From NCBI GenBank assembly GCA_043736155.1, contig JAYTDA010000172.1:1516-65515 (forward strand): 64,000 nt of DNA. Reading direction: 5' to 3'. The position numbers were made by a program, and so were the translations under genes. This DNA is from Paracoccaceae bacterium (GTDB lineage Bacteria; Pseudomonadota; Alphaproteobacteria; Rhodobacterales; Rhodobacteraceae). Below the pieces are notes generated by a model. That model made no database searches. It was not told the DNA's origin and saw only the letters and a program-made list of their open reading frames with translations. Below, piece after piece: positions 8,672 through 18,279 of the stretch (positions are counted from its first letter, which is position 1; each line of letters begins with the position of its first letter).

Positions 8672-9673
8672 ATGCCAGTATCCGATGATCCGGTTGGCGA
8701 AATCCCCGCGATCCCCACAACCCCCGCCACCCCGGCACCGGTTGCCGATGCGCCCACCGGCAACTGGGTCGACCGCTTTGCCCCTGCCGCCACCCGCCCC
8801 TACCTGCGGCTCAGCCGGGCTGACCGGCCGATTGGGACCTGGCTGCTGTTCATCCCCTGTTTGTGGGGGACGCTGCTGGCGGCGGGCGGTGACCCTGCGG
8901 GATGGAAACCCTGGGATGGCTGGATCATCGCCGGATGTGGCCTTGGCGCCTTTCTGATGCGGGGGGCAGGATGTACCTGGAACGACATCACCGACCGCGA
9001 CATTGATGCACAGGTCGCCCGGACCCGGTCACGCCCGATCCCGTCTGGGCAGGTTTCGGCGCGGGCGGCGCTGATCTGGATGGTGGTGCAAAGCCTTGGC
9101 GCGTTTTTCATCCTGATCAGCTACAATGATGTGACGATTGCGCTGGGTATCGCGTCACTGGCGCTGGTGGCGGTCTATCCCTTTGCCAAGCGGTTCACCT
9201 GGTGGCCCCAGGTGTTTCTGGGGTTGGCGTTCAACTGGGGGGCTTTGCTGGCAGCAGCTGCCCATTCCGGCAGCATCAGCCTGGCATCGGTGCTGCTGTA
9301 CCTGTCGGGCATATCCTGGACGCTGTTTTACGACACGATCTATGCCCATCAGGACCGTGAGGATGATGCGATGATCGGGGTGAAATCGACGGCGCGGCTG
9401 TTTGGCGCGGCCACGCGTCTGTGGTTGCGGGCCTTCATGGTGGCGGCGGTGGTGCTGATGGCGGCGGCGGTGGTGGTGGCGATGCTGCCGCACGGCAAGC
9501 CGCTGGCGCTGCTGCTGGGGGTTGCCGGGGCCTGGGCGCTGGGCTGGCACCTGTCGTGGCAACTGGGGCGGCTGGATATCGATGACCCGGCGCTGTGTCT
9601 GCGGCTGTTCCGCTCAAACCGCAATGCCGGGCTGTTGCCTGCGCTGTTTCTCGCCGCTGCCCTGCTGGTGTGA
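8672..9673 (+). CDS. ubiA: 4-hydroxybenzoate polyprenyltransferase
   Basis: YLRLSRADRPIGTWLLFIPCLWG...GCTWNDITDRDIDAQVARTRSRPIPSG...YDTIYAHQDREDD: UbiA prenyltransferase Asp-rich motifs. Confidence 0.9.
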   Translation: MPVSDDPVGEIPAIPTTPATPAPVADAPTGNWVDRFAPAATRPYLRLSRADRPIGTWLLFIPCLWGTLLAAGGDPAGWKPWDGWIIAGCGLGAFLMRGAGCTWNDITDRDIDAQVARTRSRPIPSGQVSARAALIWMVVQSLGAFFILISYNDVTIALGIASLALVAVYPFAKRFTWWPQVFLGLAFNWGALLAAAAHSGSISLASVLLYLSGISWTLFYDTIYAHQDREDDAMIGVKSTARLFGAATRLWLRAFMVAAVVLMAAAVVVAMLPHGKPLALLLGVAGAWALGWHLSWQLGRLDIDDPALCLRLFRSNRNAGLLPALFLAAALLV

Positions 9674-9733
9674 TTGCTCCGGGGCCTCTGGCACCGTAAG
9701 ACCGCAGTCAACCGACCCAAGGACCTCGCCCTG

Positions 9734-11800
9734 ATGCGCCTGACGCCGCCCCTGATCGCCCTGGCTGCCTTTGCCACTGCCGCCTGTCTGGCGTGGCTGG
9801 GGGCGCTGTGGGCGGTGACGGCGATTGAAAGCCGGGCCACTGCGGCGGTGACCCGGGCGCTGATGCTGGACGGGGTGACCTGGGCTGTGGCCCGGGCCGA
9901 CGGCTTGCAACTGGAACTCAGCGGCACCGCCCCGACCGAGTCGGAACGGTTCCATGCGCTGACCGTGGCCGGAACCCTGGTTGATGCCGCCCGCCTGATC
10001 GATGCGATGCAGGTCGCCCCCTCCATCGCCATCGCGCCACCGCGCTATTCGGTGGAAATTCTGCGCAATTCCGATGGCATTTCGCTGATCGGCCTGATCC
10101 CCTCTGCGGCTTCAGGGCGGGCGGCGATGCTGGCCTCGATTGCCCGGCTGGCCGGCGGTGTCAAGGTGACCGACATGCTGAACACCGCCGATTATACGGT
10201 GCCACCCAACTGGGACACCGCCGTTGCCTATGGCATAACGGCGCTGGAACTGCTGCCCCGGTCCAAGATCTCGATCCTGTCGGACCGGGTCACCATTACC
10301 GCCATTGCCGACAGTGCCGCCGAAAAGCGGCGGATGGAAACCGCACTGGCCAAAAGCCAGCCAGCGGGGCTGGCGGTGGAAATGGCAATATCGGCACCCC
10401 GGCCGGTGATTACCCCCTTTACCCTGCGGTTCCTGATCGAACCGGACGCGGCACGGTTCGATGCCTGTTCCGCCGATACCGCCCTGGCGCGGGATACCAT
10501 TCTGGCGGCGGCCACCAAAGCGGGGCTGCAGGGCAAGGCGGATTGTGTGCTGGGCCTTGGTGTCCCCTCGCCCAACTGGGCACAGGCGGTGGCCACCGGC
10601 ATTGCCGGGCTGGCGGAACTGGGTGGGGGCAGTCTGACCTTTTCCGATGCCGATATCAGCCTGATCGCCGGGCCAAAGGTCGATCAGGCCAGCTTTGACC
10701 GGGTGGTCGGCGATCTGAATGCCCGGCTGCCCGAAGTGTTTTCGCTGAAAGCGGTGATGCCGGAACAGACCGCCGCTGTGGTCGCCAGTGCCGGACCGGT
10801 GGAATTCACCGCAGCGCTGTCCGACGACGGGCAAGTGCAGCTGCGCGGCCGCCTGCCCGATGAACGGGTCCGCGATGCGGTTGACAGCTATGCCCGTGCC
10901 CGCTTCGGCTCGGAACAGGTTTACACCGCTACAAGGCTGGATGGCGGTTTACCCGCTGGCTGGCCGTTGCGGGTGCTGTCGGCGCTGGAGGCACTGGCGG
11001 AACTGGACCGGGGCACGGTACTGGTGCAACCCGGGGCGCTGGAAATCAGGGGGGTCACCGGCAACCCCGATGCCAGCGCCACCATCGCCCGTATCCTGTC
11101 GGAAAAGCTGGGATCAGGGCAGGATTTCCGCATTGTCGTCGCCTATGACAAGGCGCTGGACCCCAATGCCGGGCTGCCGACGCCAAGGGAGTGCGGCGCC
11201 AACATCGAAACCCTGCTGACCCGGCAAAAGATCGGCTTTGAACCCGGCAAGGCCGAAATTGACCCGGCAACCGGCTCCACCATCACGGCGATTGCCCGGG
11301 TGCTGGCGCGCTGTGGGGCAATTCCGTTTGAAATCGGTGCCCACAGCGATGCCCAGGGCCGCGATGCCATGAACCTGTCGCTGTCCCAGGCGCGGGCCGA
11401 GGCGGTGGTGCTGGCGCTGGCGGAACTGGGTGTTGCGGTGGCGGGGCTCAGCGCCAGGGGCTATGGCGAAACCCAGCCGATTGCCGACAACAAGACCGAA
11501 TCCGGCCGCGAAGCCAACCGCCGCATCGTGTTCCGCCTGCTGGTGCCAGAGGCAGAGGCCGGGGCGGTTTCGCAGGCCACAGTCGCCGCTGATGCCGCTG
11601 CTGATGCCGCCGCGCCTGTGGCGGGTGCTCAAGGTACCACTGCACAATCCCCCGTGACAGATGCTGCGCCAGCAGATAGCTCTGGTGCCAACCCGAACCC
11701 CGCAGCGGCAGCGGCAGACCCACAGGTGGTGGTGCTGCCTGCGGCACAAAATCAGGCCCGACCAAAGCCCCGCCCGCCTGCGCCGAAAGCCGAAAACTGA
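9734..11800 (+). CDS. OmpA-family protein with a long N-terminal region
   Basis: The C-terminus IGFEPGKAEIDP...FEIGAHSDAQGRDAMNLSLSQARAEAVVLALAELGV...GYGETQPIADNKTESGREANRRIVFRL is an OmpA_C peptidoglycan-binding domain. N-terminal signal/TM is MRLTPPLIALAAFATAACLAWL. Confidence 0.8.
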   Translation: MRLTPPLIALAAFATAACLAWLGALWAVTAIESRATAAVTRALMLDGVTWAVARADGLQLELSGTAPTESERFHALTVAGTLVDAARLIDAMQVAPSIAIAPPRYSVEILRNSDGISLIGLIPSAASGRAAMLASIARLAGGVKVTDMLNTADYTVPPNWDTAVAYGITALELLPRSKISILSDRVTITAIADSAAEKRRMETALAKSQPAGLAVEMAISAPRPVITPFTLRFLIEPDAARFDACSADTALARDTILAAATKAGLQGKADCVLGLGVPSPNWAQAVATGIAGLAELGGGSLTFSDADISLIAGPKVDQASFDRVVGDLNARLPEVFSLKAVMPEQTAAVVASAGPVEFTAALSDDGQVQLRGRLPDERVRDAVDSYARARFGSEQVYTATRLDGGLPAGWPLRVLSALEALAELDRGTVLVQPGALEIRGVTGNPDASATIARILSEKLGSGQDFRIVVAYDKALDPNAGLPTPRECGANIETLLTRQKIGFEPGKAEIDPATGSTITAIARVLARCGAIPFEIGAHSDAQGRDAMNLSLSQARAEAVVLALAELGVAVAGLSARGYGETQPIADNKTESGREANRRIVFRLLVPEAEAGAVSQATVAADAAADAAAPVAGAQGTTAQSPVTDAAPADSSGANPNPAAAAADPQVVVLPAAQNQARPKPRPPAPKAEN

Positions 11801-11832
11801 TCCCATGGCCGACTCCAGATGACCCACTCCAG

Positions 11833-12159
11833 ATGAACCGTACCGAATTCGTCATCGCCACCGCGATCATTCTGTTTGTCGCCTTTGGCCTTGGCTGGTT
11901 TGCCTATTGGCTGTTGCACCGCTTTACCCGGGTGACCCAGACCGAAATGGATGAGCTGGAACGCATGGCGCATGATCTGCATGAAGCCGAGGAATTGCGC
12001 GATCAGGCGATTGCCTATCTGGAACAGCGCGAAGCCGAACTGACCAGCCAGTTGCGCCAGACCGGGGCGGAACTGCAAGCCACCATGGACGGCCTGCGCG
12101 AGGCCCGCGCCGAAGCCGAAGACCTGCGCGCCTACATGTCACGGATCAACGCCGGCTGA
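11833..12159 (+). CDS. membrane-anchored coiled-coil protein, unknown function
   Basis: One N-terminal TM (FVIATAIILFVAFGLGWFAYWLL), followed by a charged helical region. Confidence 0.5.
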   Translation: MNRTEFVIATAIILFVAFGLGWFAYWLLHRFTRVTQTEMDELERMAHDLHEAEELRDQAIAYLEQREAELTSQLRQTGAELQATMDGLREARAEAEDLRAYMSRINAG

Positions 12160-12276
12160 AAGCCGGGCGGATTTCGAGCCCTGCGCCCGTCGGGTCCGAT
12201 GCCAAAGCGGCGCTTGAATGCCGGTTTCCGCCGGGTAGCTGATAGCAGCGTGACCCGGCGCGACGGCATGAAAAAA

Positions 12277-12296
12277 GGGGCAGGTTTCCCTGCCCC
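12277..12296. terminator. bidirectional hairpin terminator GGGGCAGG-TTTC-CCTGCCCC
   Basis: Perfect 8-bp stem flanked by an A-run (12271-12276) and AAAGG. It lies between convergent genes 11833-12159 (+) and 12330-13160 (-). Confidence 0.65.
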
Positions 12297-12329
12297 AAAG
12301 GTGTGAAAAAGATTCCGGAACTGCCGGGG

Positions 12330-13160
12330 TCAGAAACCGAAGACCAGCGAAAGGCCCACGGTATTGTCAGTCTTGATGGCACGGCTGTCGTTATATTCGC
12401 TCAGATAGCTGATGCGGGTCGAAATCGCATCGCTCACCTTGAAGCTGACACCCAGGTCATTGTTGACTCGCAGTGCAGAATTCGACGACAGAACGTCGAT
12501 ATCGTCGGACACAGACACCATGTCGTTGATCTTGTAATAGAACCGCGAAGAGGCAAGATAGCCCACTTCGGTCACATCATTGCCGACACCATCTTTCAGA
12601 TAGCTGGCACCGACACCGGCCTGCACCCGCCAGGCCATGGATTCGGTATTGATGAACCGGTAACCGGGACCGACACCCAGAAACGCATCGGTCTTGGTAT
12701 CGGCAGCGGTGGTTGCCAGACCGTCATTCTGGACCCGGCCCAGAATAAAGCCGTAGAATCTGTCATTGATGTAATAGTTGACATCATAGACGCCAAACAC
12801 ATCCTGCTTGGATTTCACCCCGGCGGCTTCGCTGAAATCGATCGCCATGCCGATGGTCTGGACCCATTGGCCAGAGGCAAAGCGCAACCGGGTGCCCAGC
12901 GAGAAATCCTGGGTGTCGGTGTTGCCCTTGGTGCCGGTATAGCTGAGCGATGCCGATCCCGACAGGCCTTCGCGGATATCGGGGTTGCCAAAGCGGAAAT
13001 CGTCATTGGCCCGTGCCTGATCGTCGGCAACCTTGGTTTCAATGTCATCCAGCCGGTCATTCAACGCGGTGATACCGACCAGATCACTCTGGGCAGCGGC
13101 GGCGGTGGTCAGCAAAGCAAAGGTGGCGGCAGCGGCGCCAAGCCGTTTCATTTTGGTCAT
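12330..13160 (-). CDS. DUF481-type (YdiY-like) outer-membrane beta-barrel protein
   Basis: Signal peptide MTKMKRLGAAAATFALLTTAAAAQ, alternating beta-strand pattern, C-terminal ...VGLSLVFGF. ATG at 13160. Confidence 0.7.
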   Translation of the reverse strand: MTKMKRLGAAAATFALLTTAAAAQSDLVGITALNDRLDDIETKVADDQARANDDFRFGNPDIREGLSGSASLSYTGTKGNTDTQDFSLGTRLRFASGQWVQTIGMAIDFSEAAGVKSKQDVFGVYDVNYYINDRFYGFILGRVQNDGLATTAADTKTDAFLGVGPGYRFINTESMAWRVQAGVGASYLKDGVGNDVTEVGYLASSRFYYKINDMVSVSDDIDVLSSNSALRVNNDLGVSFKVSDAISTRISYLSEYNDSRAIKTDNTVGLSLVFGF

Positions 13161-13414
13161 GGTATCCTCTTGATCGTTTGCCCATTGATGTTTGCCCAAA
13201 CCCAAGGTCGGCCGGACGATTTGCCATGACGGATATCTAGGGGTGCCAGCCCCGCATGTGAAACAAGGATGCCTCTTGCAAGCCATGAGAATTACTCGTG
13301 GTTACAGACCCTTGAATTGTGGCAAGCCATGCACTGCGGCGAAAGCTGATGCAGGTTAGGACCTCGGCGGAAGTCCCGCCTTTCATCCAGCCGCTGTCGG
13401 CAGATATCAGCCTA

Positions 13415-14296
13415 TCAGATCAGGTCGATCACGTCTTGTGTGTCAGACTCCGCCTTGGCGACGACAGAAACCAGTGTCTGATTGGCAACAAGCGCCAGGT
13501 CTTCATCCAGATCATCACGCCACACCGACCATGCCGGATAGTGAAAGGAGGGGGCGTCCGGAACCATGTGCATCATGCCGCTGTCGGTATAGCGCTTGAC
13601 AAAGCGGGCGGGCAGATAGGCGGCATAGTCGCGTTCCAGCACAAAGCGCGCCGCCAGCGATCCGATATCCAATGTCAGCCCGGGATTGGTGAATTTGGCC
13701 AGATGACTGGCGTGGAACTGCAGGAATTCGGGGCCCCAGTCGACAAAGGCATAGCGGCCCTTGATATCCTCGGTCCGGTGGGTTTCAAACGGGGCCACCA
13801 GCACCAGTTCATCCTCCAGCAGCTTCTCGACACTCAGCCCCGGCCGCAGCGACGGCCGGTAGGTCAGCGAGATCTGCATCACCCCTTCGGTCATCGACCG
13901 GGTCAGCGAGTCGGGCAGCCCCAGTTCCGCCTTCAGACTCAGGTCGGGCATCGCCTGGCGCAACCCGTCGATCCAGCGAAACCCCATGCGCGGCCACAAC
14001 GACACCTGGGCCCCGATGGTCAGCGACCGGCTGTACCCCTCGGGGATGGCGACCTGTTGGCAGGCCTGGCGCCAGTTGCGCAGCAGAACCTGGGCAAACC
14101 CTTCGAATTCCTTGCCGGCCGGCGTCAGTTCGGCGCCGGTACTGGAGCGGGTGAACAAAGGGCGGCCCAATTGGCTTTCCAGCCGCTGAACCCGCAGACT
14201 GACTGCCGACTGGGTGACAAACAGCTTGTCAGCGGCAGACACGAATGACCCCGCTTCGGCGACTTCGATGAAGGTCTTGATCAGGGCCAGGTCCAT
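13415..14296 (-). CDS. LysR family transcriptional regulator
   Basis: MDLALIKTFIEVAEAGSFVSAADKLFVTQSAVSLRVQRLESQLGRPLFTRS... is a LysR HTH plus substrate-binding domain. The track's N-terminal extension covers a repeat region. Confidence 0.9.
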   Translation of the reverse strand: MDLALIKTFIEVAEAGSFVSAADKLFVTQSAVSLRVQRLESQLGRPLFTRSSTGAELTPAGKEFEGFAQVLLRNWRQACQQVAIPEGYSRSLTIGAQVSLWPRMGFRWIDGLRQAMPDLSLKAELGLPDSLTRSMTEGVMQISLTYRPSLRPGLSVEKLLEDELVLVAPFETHRTEDIKGRYAFVDWGPEFLQFHASHLAKFTNPGLTLDIGSLAARFVLERDYAAYLPARFVKRYTDSGMMHMVPDAPSFHYPAWSVWRDDLDEDLALVANQTLVSVVAKAESDTQDVIDLI

Positions 14297-14398
14297 TGCC
14301 GGAACTGGAAACCAGCACGGGAAACAAGTCAACCAGATCAGGCGTGACCGGGCAAAAAGCGCGGCTGGTTTTGCGCTGGAGCCTGTCGGGCAAAATGC

Positions 14399-14453
14399 CT
14401 GATCCGGGCCTGTCCCGGGTCTGATCCGGGTCTGATCCGGGCCTGATCCGGGG
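14399..14453. repeat. five tandem 11-bp units CTGATCCGGG(C/T)
   Basis: Units: CTGATCCGGGC, CTGTCCCGGGT, CTGATCCGGGT, CTGATCCGGGC, CTGATCCGGGG. They lie in the divergent LysR / metalloprotease intergenic region. Confidence 0.9.
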
Positions 14454-14460
14454 TGACAAC

Positions 14461-14540
14461 CGGTGTTGGCGCAAGACATGCGCAAAACACGGACGCCAGG
14501 GTCAGTCTGGCGTTGCGATCACCGTCGGACCGACCCTGGA
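14461..14540. repeat. about 80-bp dispersed repeat (TTGGCGCAAGACATGCGCAAAACA core plus hairpin); inverted partner at 38395-38475
   Basis: By eye, TTGGCGCAAGACATGCGCAAAACA...AGTCTG..GCG....ATCA.CGTCGGAC.GAC.CT.G aligns with the reverse complement of 38395-38475. Confidence 0.8.
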
Positions 14541-14730
14541 AATCCCCGATGTGACAAGCAACCCGTCGCCCCGGTGACGAAAGCGCTGCGGCCCGGCTTG
14601 TCTTTCGTGCAAATACTCCCTGCTGCCCCACCCGGCGGCAACAGCGGCTGGATTAGTGCTGAAGTCATCGCCGTTTCATGATAAAGCGGCATCGTTCAAC
14701 CCTTTCATCCGCTGCCACCGGAGGATTTTC

Positions 14731-16233
14731 ATGCCCAACGATTTTACCGGCCTGCTCACCGGCTCCTATTGGAGCGGGATCGAGGTTGCGGGCAAACCCA
14801 CCATCGTCACCTATTCTTTCCCGGCCACCGCGACACCGCCGGGCTATATTGCCACCCTCAACGACCCCAACCTGACGCCCGCCGCCATTGCCAGCTATCA
14901 GGGCTTTGACGCCGCCGAACAGGCACTTGCCCGCACGGCACTGGCGGAATGGGGCAATGCATCGGGGCTGATCTTCATCGAAGTGGCACCCGGGCAGGGC
15001 GACATCAATTTTCAAAAGTTGGATTTTTCCGGCACCGGCTATGATGGCGCGGGCGGCATTGCCTATCGCCCGTTCGGCACTTGGGATGGCAGCAGCTATC
15101 CGTCGTTTACCGGTGATCTCGATAGCGCCGGTGATGTGTTCATGAACAGCGACATCCCGGTGACCTATGGCACCTTGCTGCATGAAATCGGCCATGCCCT
15201 CGGGCTGAAACATCCGATGGAAGTCTGGACCCAGTTTGCCGCCTGGCCGCCGGTGACCCATGCGGTGTGGGATGTGAATGATCCGGTGCTGACCATCATG
15301 GCCGAGGGCAGCGGCGCCGGTGGCACCGGCCATCTGACCGCCATCGACATTCAGGCGATCCAGTTCATCTATGGCACCCAGGCACAGGATGGCACCCAGG
15401 TCGCATCCTGGTCGTGGAACGCAACAACCCAGACGCTGACGCAGAACGGTTTTGCCACCGATGATGTGATCCGGGGCTCATCGGTCAAGGATATCATCCG
15501 AGGCAATGCGGGCAATGACGCGCTGTTCGGCCTCGCCGGGGCCGACAGCCTGATCGGGGCTGCCGGCAATGACAGCCTGTTTGGCGGCACCGGCAGGGAT
15601 ACGCTGGTCGGTGGGCTGAATGACGACAGCTACTTTGTCGATACCGGCGATCTGGTGACCGAAGCGGCCAATGCCGGCTATGACCGGGTGTTCAGCGGCG
15701 TCAGCTTTGCCCTTGCCGCCAATGTCGAGGAATTGACCCTGTTCGGCGCCACCGGTCTGACCGGCACCGGCAACGCGGGTGCCAATACGATCTTTGGCAA
15801 TGGCTTTGGCTGTCTCCTGAAGGGTCTGGGTGGCGGCGATTACATCGTGGGCGGCGCTGGCAACGACAGCCTGACCGGCGGCGCCGGGGCCGACCTGATC
15901 TATGGTCAGGCCGGGGCAGACCGCTTCGTGTTTGGCGCTTTGGCCGATTTTGCCGCCGCGGCCACACCCGACGCCATCGGCGATTTCAGCACCGCCGAGG
16001 GCGACAGGATCAACCTGTCAGCGATTGATCCAAATTCAGTGGTGGCGGGCAATCAGGCCTACAGCTTCATCGGCACCGCCGCCTTTTCCGTCACTGGCCT
16101 GTCACAGGTCCGCTATGTGGTGCAAGGGGCCGATGTACTGGTGCAAATCGATACCACCCGCGATCAGATCGCGGATCAGACCCTGCTGCTCTATGGTGTC
16201 AGCGCCTTGGTGGCGGCGGATTTCATTCTGTAA
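14731..16233 (+). CDS. serralysin-like zinc metalloprotease with RTX Ca-binding repeats (T1SS substrate type)
   Basis: Zinc motif TLLHEIGHALGLKHP (HExxHxxGxxH). GGxGxD nonapeptide repeats (GNAGNDALFGLAGADSLIGAAGNDSLFGGTGRDTLVGG). No signal peptide. GGAGGA lies 7 nt before the ATG at 14731. Confidence 0.85.
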   Translation: MPNDFTGLLTGSYWSGIEVAGKPTIVTYSFPATATPPGYIATLNDPNLTPAAIASYQGFDAAEQALARTALAEWGNASGLIFIEVAPGQGDINFQKLDFSGTGYDGAGGIAYRPFGTWDGSSYPSFTGDLDSAGDVFMNSDIPVTYGTLLHEIGHALGLKHPMEVWTQFAAWPPVTHAVWDVNDPVLTIMAEGSGAGGTGHLTAIDIQAIQFIYGTQAQDGTQVASWSWNATTQTLTQNGFATDDVIRGSSVKDIIRGNAGNDALFGLAGADSLIGAAGNDSLFGGTGRDTLVGGLNDDSYFVDTGDLVTEAANAGYDRVFSGVSFALAANVEELTLFGATGLTGTGNAGANTIFGNGFGCLLKGLGGGDYIVGGAGNDSLTGGAGADLIYGQAGADRFVFGALADFAAAATPDAIGDFSTAEGDRINLSAIDPNSVVAGNQAYSFIGTAAFSVTGLSQVRYVVQGADVLVQIDTTRDQIADQTLLLYGVSALVAADFIL

Positions 16234-16257
16234 AGCAGGTCCGGAAAGCAGCTTGAA

Positions 16258-16980
16258 TCACCCCGGAACCTGTCCGGCGGATGGGGATTGGCTCCTCACG
16301 ACCGGCGCTGTCAAAGCAGCCAGTGACTGGCGCTGCTGCCCGGTTTCATCGAAATTCTCCGGGGCCAGCCATCTGCGATAGGCGTCGTGCAGGCGCGGCC
16401 AGTCCTTGTCGATCACCGCAAACCACGCGGTATCGCGGTTGCGGCCCTTGACGATGCTGGCTTGGCGGAACAACCCTTCATAGGAAAAGCCGAACCGTTC
16501 GGCGGCGCGGCGCGATGCCAGGTTCAAGGCGTCGCATTTCCACTCATAGCGGCGATAGCCCGCGTCAAACGCCCATTGCATCATCAAGAACAGCGCCTCG
16601 GTCGCTACCGCGCTGCGCTGCAACCGGGGGGACAGGGTGATGTGACCCACCTCGATCGACCCCGCCTCGGGGGTGATGCGCAGATAGCTGGCGACCCCGC
16701 CAAGATCGCCGTTACCCATTGATCTTATGGCATAAAAATACGGATCGGCGCTGGCCGCCATGCCGTCAACCCAGTGCCGATAGTCTTCGAGCCGGTCAAA
16801 TGGACCATAGGGCAGATAAGACCAGATGGCGTCATCGGCGCGGTTGGCGGCAAACAGCCCCTCGGCATGGGCCGCAGCATCCAGCCGTTCCAGCTGCGCC
16901 AGCCGCCCGTGCAGGACCGCAGGTCCGGGGCGTTCCGGCACTGTCCATCCCGCAACCCTTTCGCCGAATTCCTGCTGCAT
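16258..16980 (-). CDS. GNAT family N-acetyltransferase (RimJ/RimL-like)
   Basis: ...GSIEVGHITLSPRLQRSAVATEALFLMMQWAFDAGYRRYEWKCDALNLASRRAAERFGFSYEGLFRQ... is an acetyltransferase core. Confidence 0.85.
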   Translation of the reverse strand: MQQEFGERVAGWTVPERPGPAVLHGRLAQLERLDAAAHAEGLFAANRADDAIWSYLPYGPFDRLEDYRHWVDGMAASADPYFYAIRSMGNGDLGGVASYLRITPEAGSIEVGHITLSPRLQRSAVATEALFLMMQWAFDAGYRRYEWKCDALNLASRRAAERFGFSYEGLFRQASIVKGRNRDTAWFAVIDKDWPRLHDAYRRWLAPENFDETGQQRQSLAALTAPVVRSQSPSAGQVPG

Positions 16981-17038
16981 CACCGCCCCTCCGTCTTGCC
17001 CGGACCCTATCCGGCACAAAGCGTCGGCGCCACCCCGA

Positions 17039-18271
17039 CTACAGCAACAGCCCGAAATCGCTTCCCATATCCAGCCCCGGAAACACCGTGTTTTCGATCA
17101 GCGCCGCATCCAGACCGAACATCCCGCGCATCACCCAGGCGGCATGGGCGCGGACATCCGAGGTTGGCATCAGATCGCGGCGGGCATAAAGATCCGCCTC
17201 TGCCAGCCCCGGCCATTGCCCCAGCACCCGCCCGCCCCTGACCGCGCCACCGGCCAGCAGCATCAGCCCGCCGGTGCCATGATCGGTGCCGTTCGACCCG
17301 TTTTGCCGGGCGGTGCGACCAAACTCGGTCATTGCCACCACCGCCGTATGGCGCCAATTGGCCCCCAACCCGTCTTTCAGCGTCAACAGGGTGTTTTGCA
17401 AGGCCGCCAAGGCCCGTTTCAACGCGGCTTCCTGATCGCGGTGGGTATCCCATCCGGCGATGGAAAAAGCGGCGATCCGGGTCGCTTCGTTCAGGCGCGC
17501 GGCGGCAAAGGCAGCAACCGGGTCAATGCGCGCCGGTATCGGGGCGCTGGCCAGATCGGCCTTCATCCCGGCTTCCATCGCCGCCATTTCCGCCATTTCC
17601 GCCGGGTCTGCCAGCCGTTCCGCCAGATCCATCGCCGACAGAGCGGCGTCGCGGAACACCGGGTCCTGGTGATAGACCTGCTCCAGCAGGGTCCGGGCCT
17701 GCGGGGTCAGCGTCAGGCGGCTGGTCGGGGACCATTGGGTAAAGCGGGCAGGCCCGCGCAACACCTTCATCTCATCCCGGCCGAGGGCAAAGGCGGTTTC
17801 CGCCTGCATTCCCGGCACCACCTGCAACATCCGGTTCAACCAGCCGTCCTGCACGTTGGCCATGGCCAGATCGAACCCGGTGCCGCTTTCCAGCAGGTCC
17901 TGCCCATCGAAATGGCTGCGCTTGTCGCGATATGGCGTTGACACCGCATGCACAAACCCCAACGCGCCGGCATCCCACCACGGCTTCAACCCGGCCAGCG
18001 CCGGATGCAGCGCGAAATAGCCATCCAGCGGCAAGCCGTCACCCCCGGCTCCGGCGGCAAAGCCGGGGCGCAGACCGGCAAACGCCGCATCCCCCACCGG
18101 GCGCACCACATCCAGCCCATCCATCGCCCCGCGCAGGATGATCACCACCAGCCGCTGATCACCGGGGACCGAGGCCAGGGTAATCCCCGACATCAGCGGA
18201 TGCGCCGCCGCCGAACAGCCGATCAGCGCCGACCCTTTCAGAAACAGCCGCCGAGACAGACCCTGTGCCAT
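17039..18271 (-). CDS. DUF1501 domain protein (Tat-exported, sulfatase-like fold)
   Basis: Twin-arginine leader MAQGLSRRLFLKGSALIGCSAAA, then ...TEFGRTARQNGSNGTDHGTGG... typical of DUF1501. Confidence 0.8.
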   Translation of the reverse strand: MAQGLSRRLFLKGSALIGCSAAAHPLMSGITLASVPGDQRLVVIILRGAMDGLDVVRPVGDAAFAGLRPGFAAGAGGDGLPLDGYFALHPALAGLKPWWDAGALGFVHAVSTPYRDKRSHFDGQDLLESGTGFDLAMANVQDGWLNRMLQVVPGMQAETAFALGRDEMKVLRGPARFTQWSPTSRLTLTPQARTLLEQVYHQDPVFRDAALSAMDLAERLADPAEMAEMAAMEAGMKADLASAPIPARIDPVAAFAAARLNEATRIAAFSIAGWDTHRDQEAALKRALAALQNTLLTLKDGLGANWRHTAVVAMTEFGRTARQNGSNGTDHGTGGLMLLAGGAVRGGRVLGQWPGLAEADLYARRDLMPTSDVRAHAAWVMRGMFGLDAALIENTVFPGLDMGSDFGLLL

Positions 18272-18279
18272 GATTTTTC

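Noticed and set aside
12303-13229. 308-aa plus-strand ORF opposite the DUF481 outer-membrane protein
   Set aside because: The minus strand encodes a signal peptide and a beta-barrel ending in a terminal Phe. The plus-strand translation is featureless.
14399-14453. CRISPR array (also considered for the 30-bp-period repeats at 43360-44154 and the TTGAAC array at 42919-42992)
   Set aside because: The units are contiguous with no unique spacers and are far shorter than CRISPR repeats. The 43.4-44.1 kb periodicity is a protein-coding decapeptide repeat. No cas genes are present.
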